Virus record (IMG/VR): IMGVR_UViG_3300042868_007692
Span: 1-64,000 of that record
Length of the DNA: 64,000 nucleotides
DNA from: a virus
Strand: one strand, 5' to 3'
Below are positions 61,233 to 64,000 of the stretch, piece after piece (positions within the stretch are counted from its first letter, which is position 1; every line of letters begins with the position of its first letter). The translations under genes and the position numbers were made by a program. The notes beneath the pieces were generated by a model, which had not been told where the DNA came from, made no database searches, and was given only the letters and a program-made list of their open reading frames with translations.

Positions 61233-64000
61233 TTATCTTTCTGATATATTTTTATTTAAACTAGAATAGTAGAAAGTCAGCCTTTTATTGGTATCAAAAG
61301 TATCAAAAATTAATCTGACTACCAAGAACTTGTCTCTGAAACTTTCTAATTCATTCCAACTCTTAGTATAAGAAAGACATGCCGGGTTTACAATTTTGTC
61401 TATGTAATAGTTAGATTGTAATGCATTCAATTCTTTAATAAACATAGGAACTGCTACAGTAGTTCTAATATCTCTCATATCATTTAAAGTCCAATCTCTT
61501 TCATTTCTATCAGCTAGAATAGAGCCTGAGCCTAAAGTATTTTGAGTTTGTTGTAATAAATAGTTACTAGAGTCATTAGACTTAGTTGTAATATTTAAGA
61601 TACCACTTATTTGTTCTGTATTATAAAATAAAACTTTATTGAAAGTAGTATTTCTAATATCATTATACTCTTGAGTAGTTGCATCAAATTGTTTAGCTTC
61701 AGTTTGAAACATCATATAATTCCAAAGTTTAGTTGATAACAACTGAGGGTTATCTACATACTCCACAATAAAAGGATAAGTAGTTCCATAAAAAGTTCTG
61801 TAGTGGCCTTGTCTATTATGTCTCCATAAAGAATTAGATCCTTGAGGCCATGAATAAAACTTCTCTTGATTATGTAAATAGAAACTAGGTAAATAAGGAT
61901 GCCAACTTCTCCACTCTTGTCTTTTTAAAGAGTAACTCATAGTCCAACTATTATTAACTAAGTTAGCAGCTAAGTTATAAGGAGTTCCAGAGATGTAATC
62001 ATACTCTACAGTTTCAATTTCTACTTCTTCTGTCACTGTAGTTGTTTCATAGTATCCAGGTATATCTACAGCAGGAGCACAGTTTTGACTTAAATCATAA
62101 GTGTAATTTGCAGTAGTAATTTCAAAAGTGTAACCAGCTTCAATCATAATTAAAAAGACTCCAGCAGTACAGTCATTTACATCTAATAATAATTCTACAT
62201 AACCTACAACAGGAATTACTCCAGTGTATAATACTACAGTGTTTCCTTCACAGTTTATGTAACCTACTACATAAAAACCTGAACCAGGAGGAACATACTC
62301 AGACTCTGTAGATTGTATTATGATAGCAGCTTTTTTAATAAAAGAGTAAGGTGAAACACACTCATCACCTCCAGGCACAGGAGGAACCCAAGTTTGAATT
62401 TCTCTTGTTATAGTTTCTGTAGTAATAACTTTTCTTTGAAAAGCTAACTCACAATCTTGTATACCTATGTAATCCCAACCATCAGCTACTTTATCTGCAA
62501 TAGTTTCAGAAATGTTTTCAAAAATTACAGGTGTAGAAGACCCTAAACATAATTGATAATCTTGAGCAGGAAGATTTAATAATTTAAAATCTTTCTTAGT
62601 TACAATTAACCTCTCCTTATTAGTATCATAAGTGGATATAAAACCTACTCCTAAAGGATTAGAAGGGTTATTAGAATAAGGATATTGCTCTCTGTTAGCA
62701 TTATAGTAATCTTGCTCAACTAGGAAATCCATGTGAGTTTTAAACCAAGAAGAATTACCATTATCACTAATAGGCTGTAACTGCTCTCCATTAAATAAGT
62801 ACCATTTCTTTTCTTTTACAGAAGGAAATAATACTCCATACTTAGTTTTAGTTCTACCCCATTTGTGTTTATTACCAGCAGAAGAGTTATTGTCATCTAC
62901 CATTTTTCTTGGGGGAATAGAAAAGTAATCTCCAGTCCCAATGAAAGAAATGACATCTCCTGTAACTCTTTCTTGAAAACTCTGAGGACAATGCCAAAGA
63001 CCTTCTTCAGTGTGAATGTAAAGATTATTTTGTATTCTAAAGATATCAGTTATTTTTCCTGTTTCAGCTTCAAGGTCTTTGTAGTTGTTAGGTAAAAACA
63101 TTCTAAAGTTATCTGTAATTTCTTCTTGAAAAGCTTGCTCTGACCAATGCCATCTATGAGGAAACTTTTCAGTACAATCTGAACAGCAATCATATTCTAA
63201 AGCTAAATGGTTAAAGAACTTTTGTTTATTTCTTCTAGTATAATCTGGATTTAAAAGATACATTTCTGCAGCAGCTAATCCAATATAACTTTTATATCCT
63301 TTTCTTTTAGCATCAAAGAAGGTAAGTTTATTTACCATGTGACTATCTAAAGAAGTGGTAGGTTTAATATTTTCTGTAGTAACAGAGTAGATATCAAAGT
63401 ATTCCCAACTTCCTTCAGGGACATTAGTGCCTTCTTCTCTATTCTTAGGGGCCCCTAAAAAATCAGGAGTACTGTCTGTAGCTCCATGTCTTAAATTCAT
63501 ATTAATTGAAGATTCAAACCATAAGTTAGCACATTCTCCTAACCATTGAATTTCATCATCAGATGGATTTTTTCTAAAACCTCTTTCTTCTCCAGATACA
63601 GGATCTTTATCTACTAACACATAGTGGTCAGTTACAGTGTCCCTAAGACCTGCGTTATACAATTCATTGTAAGCTTTGTTCCAAGCATCTTGTTTAATTC
63701 CTGACATAACTAAAGAAGTAGCTACACCTACTGCTGCTGCTGAAGCAGCTAAACCTGCAGAAGCAACTATTAAAGGAGTTCCTGCACCAAGACTAAAGAT
63801 AGTCACTACAATAGCAGCTACTACAAGAACTGCAGCTATAATAAAATTCCAAGCATTAGTTTTACCTGCTCTTTTTCTCATTCTAGTATCATGATAAATA
63901 CTATTTACATATCTCATAGGACATATATAACTATCTCCATTAAAGATTTCACAAGTACTTGTAGTAAAAGATTCAGGATTTCTACTTTCTTTATAGTAAG
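61233..64000 (-). CDS. Tail stabilisation/muzzle-type protein (5' truncated by the window edge)
   Basis: Frame is open to the window end (..EIFNGDSYICPMRY..); beta-propeller-like segments, YDTNKERLIVTKKD, WTMSYS...WRSWH.YLP, FRDKFLVVRL. Confidence 0.7.
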   Translation of the reverse strand, partial: YYKESRNPESFTTSTCEIFNGDSYICPMRYVNSIYHDTRMRKRAGKTNAWNFIIAAVLVVAAIVVTIFSLGAGTPLIVASAGLAASAAAVGVATSLVMSGIKQDAWNKAYNELYNAGLRDTVTDHYVLVDKDPVSGEERGFRKNPSDDEIQWLGECANLWFESSINMNLRHGATDSTPDFLGAPKNREEGTNVPEGSWEYFDIYSVTTENIKPTTSLDSHMVNKLTFFDAKRKGYKSYIGLAAAEMYLLNPDYTRRNKQKFFNHLALEYDCCSDCTEKFPHRWHWSEQAFQEEITDNFRMFLPNNYKDLEAETGKITDIFRIQNNLYIHTEEGLWHCPQSFQERVTGDVISFIGTGDYFSIPPRKMVDDNNSSAGNKHKWGRTKTKYGVLFPSVKEKKWYLFNGEQLQPISDNGNSSWFKTHMDFLVEQDYYNANREQYPYSNNPSNPLGVGFISTYDTNKERLIVTKKDFKLLNLPAQDYQLCLGSSTPVIFENISETIADKVADGWDYIGIQDCELAFQRKVITTETITREIQTWVPPVPGGDECVSPYSFIKKAAIIIQSTESEYVPPGSGFYVVGYINCEGNTVVLYTGVIPVVGYVELLLDVNDCTAGVFLIMIEAGYTFEITTANYTYDLSQNCAPAVDIPGYYETTTVTEEVEIETVEYDYISGTPYNLAANLVNNSWTMSYSLKRQEWRSWHPYLPSFYLHNQEKFYSWPQGSNSLWRHNRQGHYRTFYGTTYPFIVEYVDNPQLLSTKLWNYMMFQTEAKQFDATTQEYNDIRNTTFNKVLFYNTEQISGILNITTKSNDSSNYLLQQTQNTLGSGSILADRNERDWTLNDMRDIRTTVAVPMFIKELNALQSNYYIDKIVNPACLSYTKSWNELESFRDKFLVVRLIFDTFDTNKRLTFYYSSLNKNISER

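Noticed and set aside
660-63894. Short antisense or nested ORFs in the track (e.g. 660-854, 2738-2962, 4557-4835, 12888-13148, 17681-18016, 31697-32077, 51264-51578, 63676-63894)
   Set aside because: They are shadows of longer genes on the opposite strand or frame, with atypical composition and no leaders; 17681-18016 is antisense to intron 1 and AAA exon 2

Overview
This is a ~64 kb segment of an AT-rich lytic Bacteroidetes phage with crAss-like (Crassvirales-type) organisation; the host inference rests on TAnnTTTG promoters. The + strand (1-38.0 kb) runs: small early genes; an ncRNA cluster (tmRNA with a 39-codon tag, a non-canonical tRNA-like element, two further structured regions); then replication and nucleotide genes (family A polymerase, SF2 and DnaB-like helicases, AAA ATPase, primase, PD-(D/E)XK nucleases, ThyX, an SplB-like radical SAM enzyme, GroES, ligase, MazG). 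The - strand (38.2-64 kb) carries the virion cargo genes, including a 4430-aa virion RNA polymerase, and a partial tail gene. Three group I introns split two genes, with junctions resolved to the base, and five homing endonuclease genes are present. The best candidate for an undescribed system is a phage-encoded ubiquitin-like conjugation operon at 22358-26142 (Ubl precursor, E2-like, JAB/JAMM protease, ThiF/E1). Other notable signals are extreme CpG depletion, a head-to-tail pair of sole cysteines in adjacent cargo proteins, and a homing endonuclease that rebuilt its target gene's 5' end. All assignments come from motif reading by eye; no database search was run.
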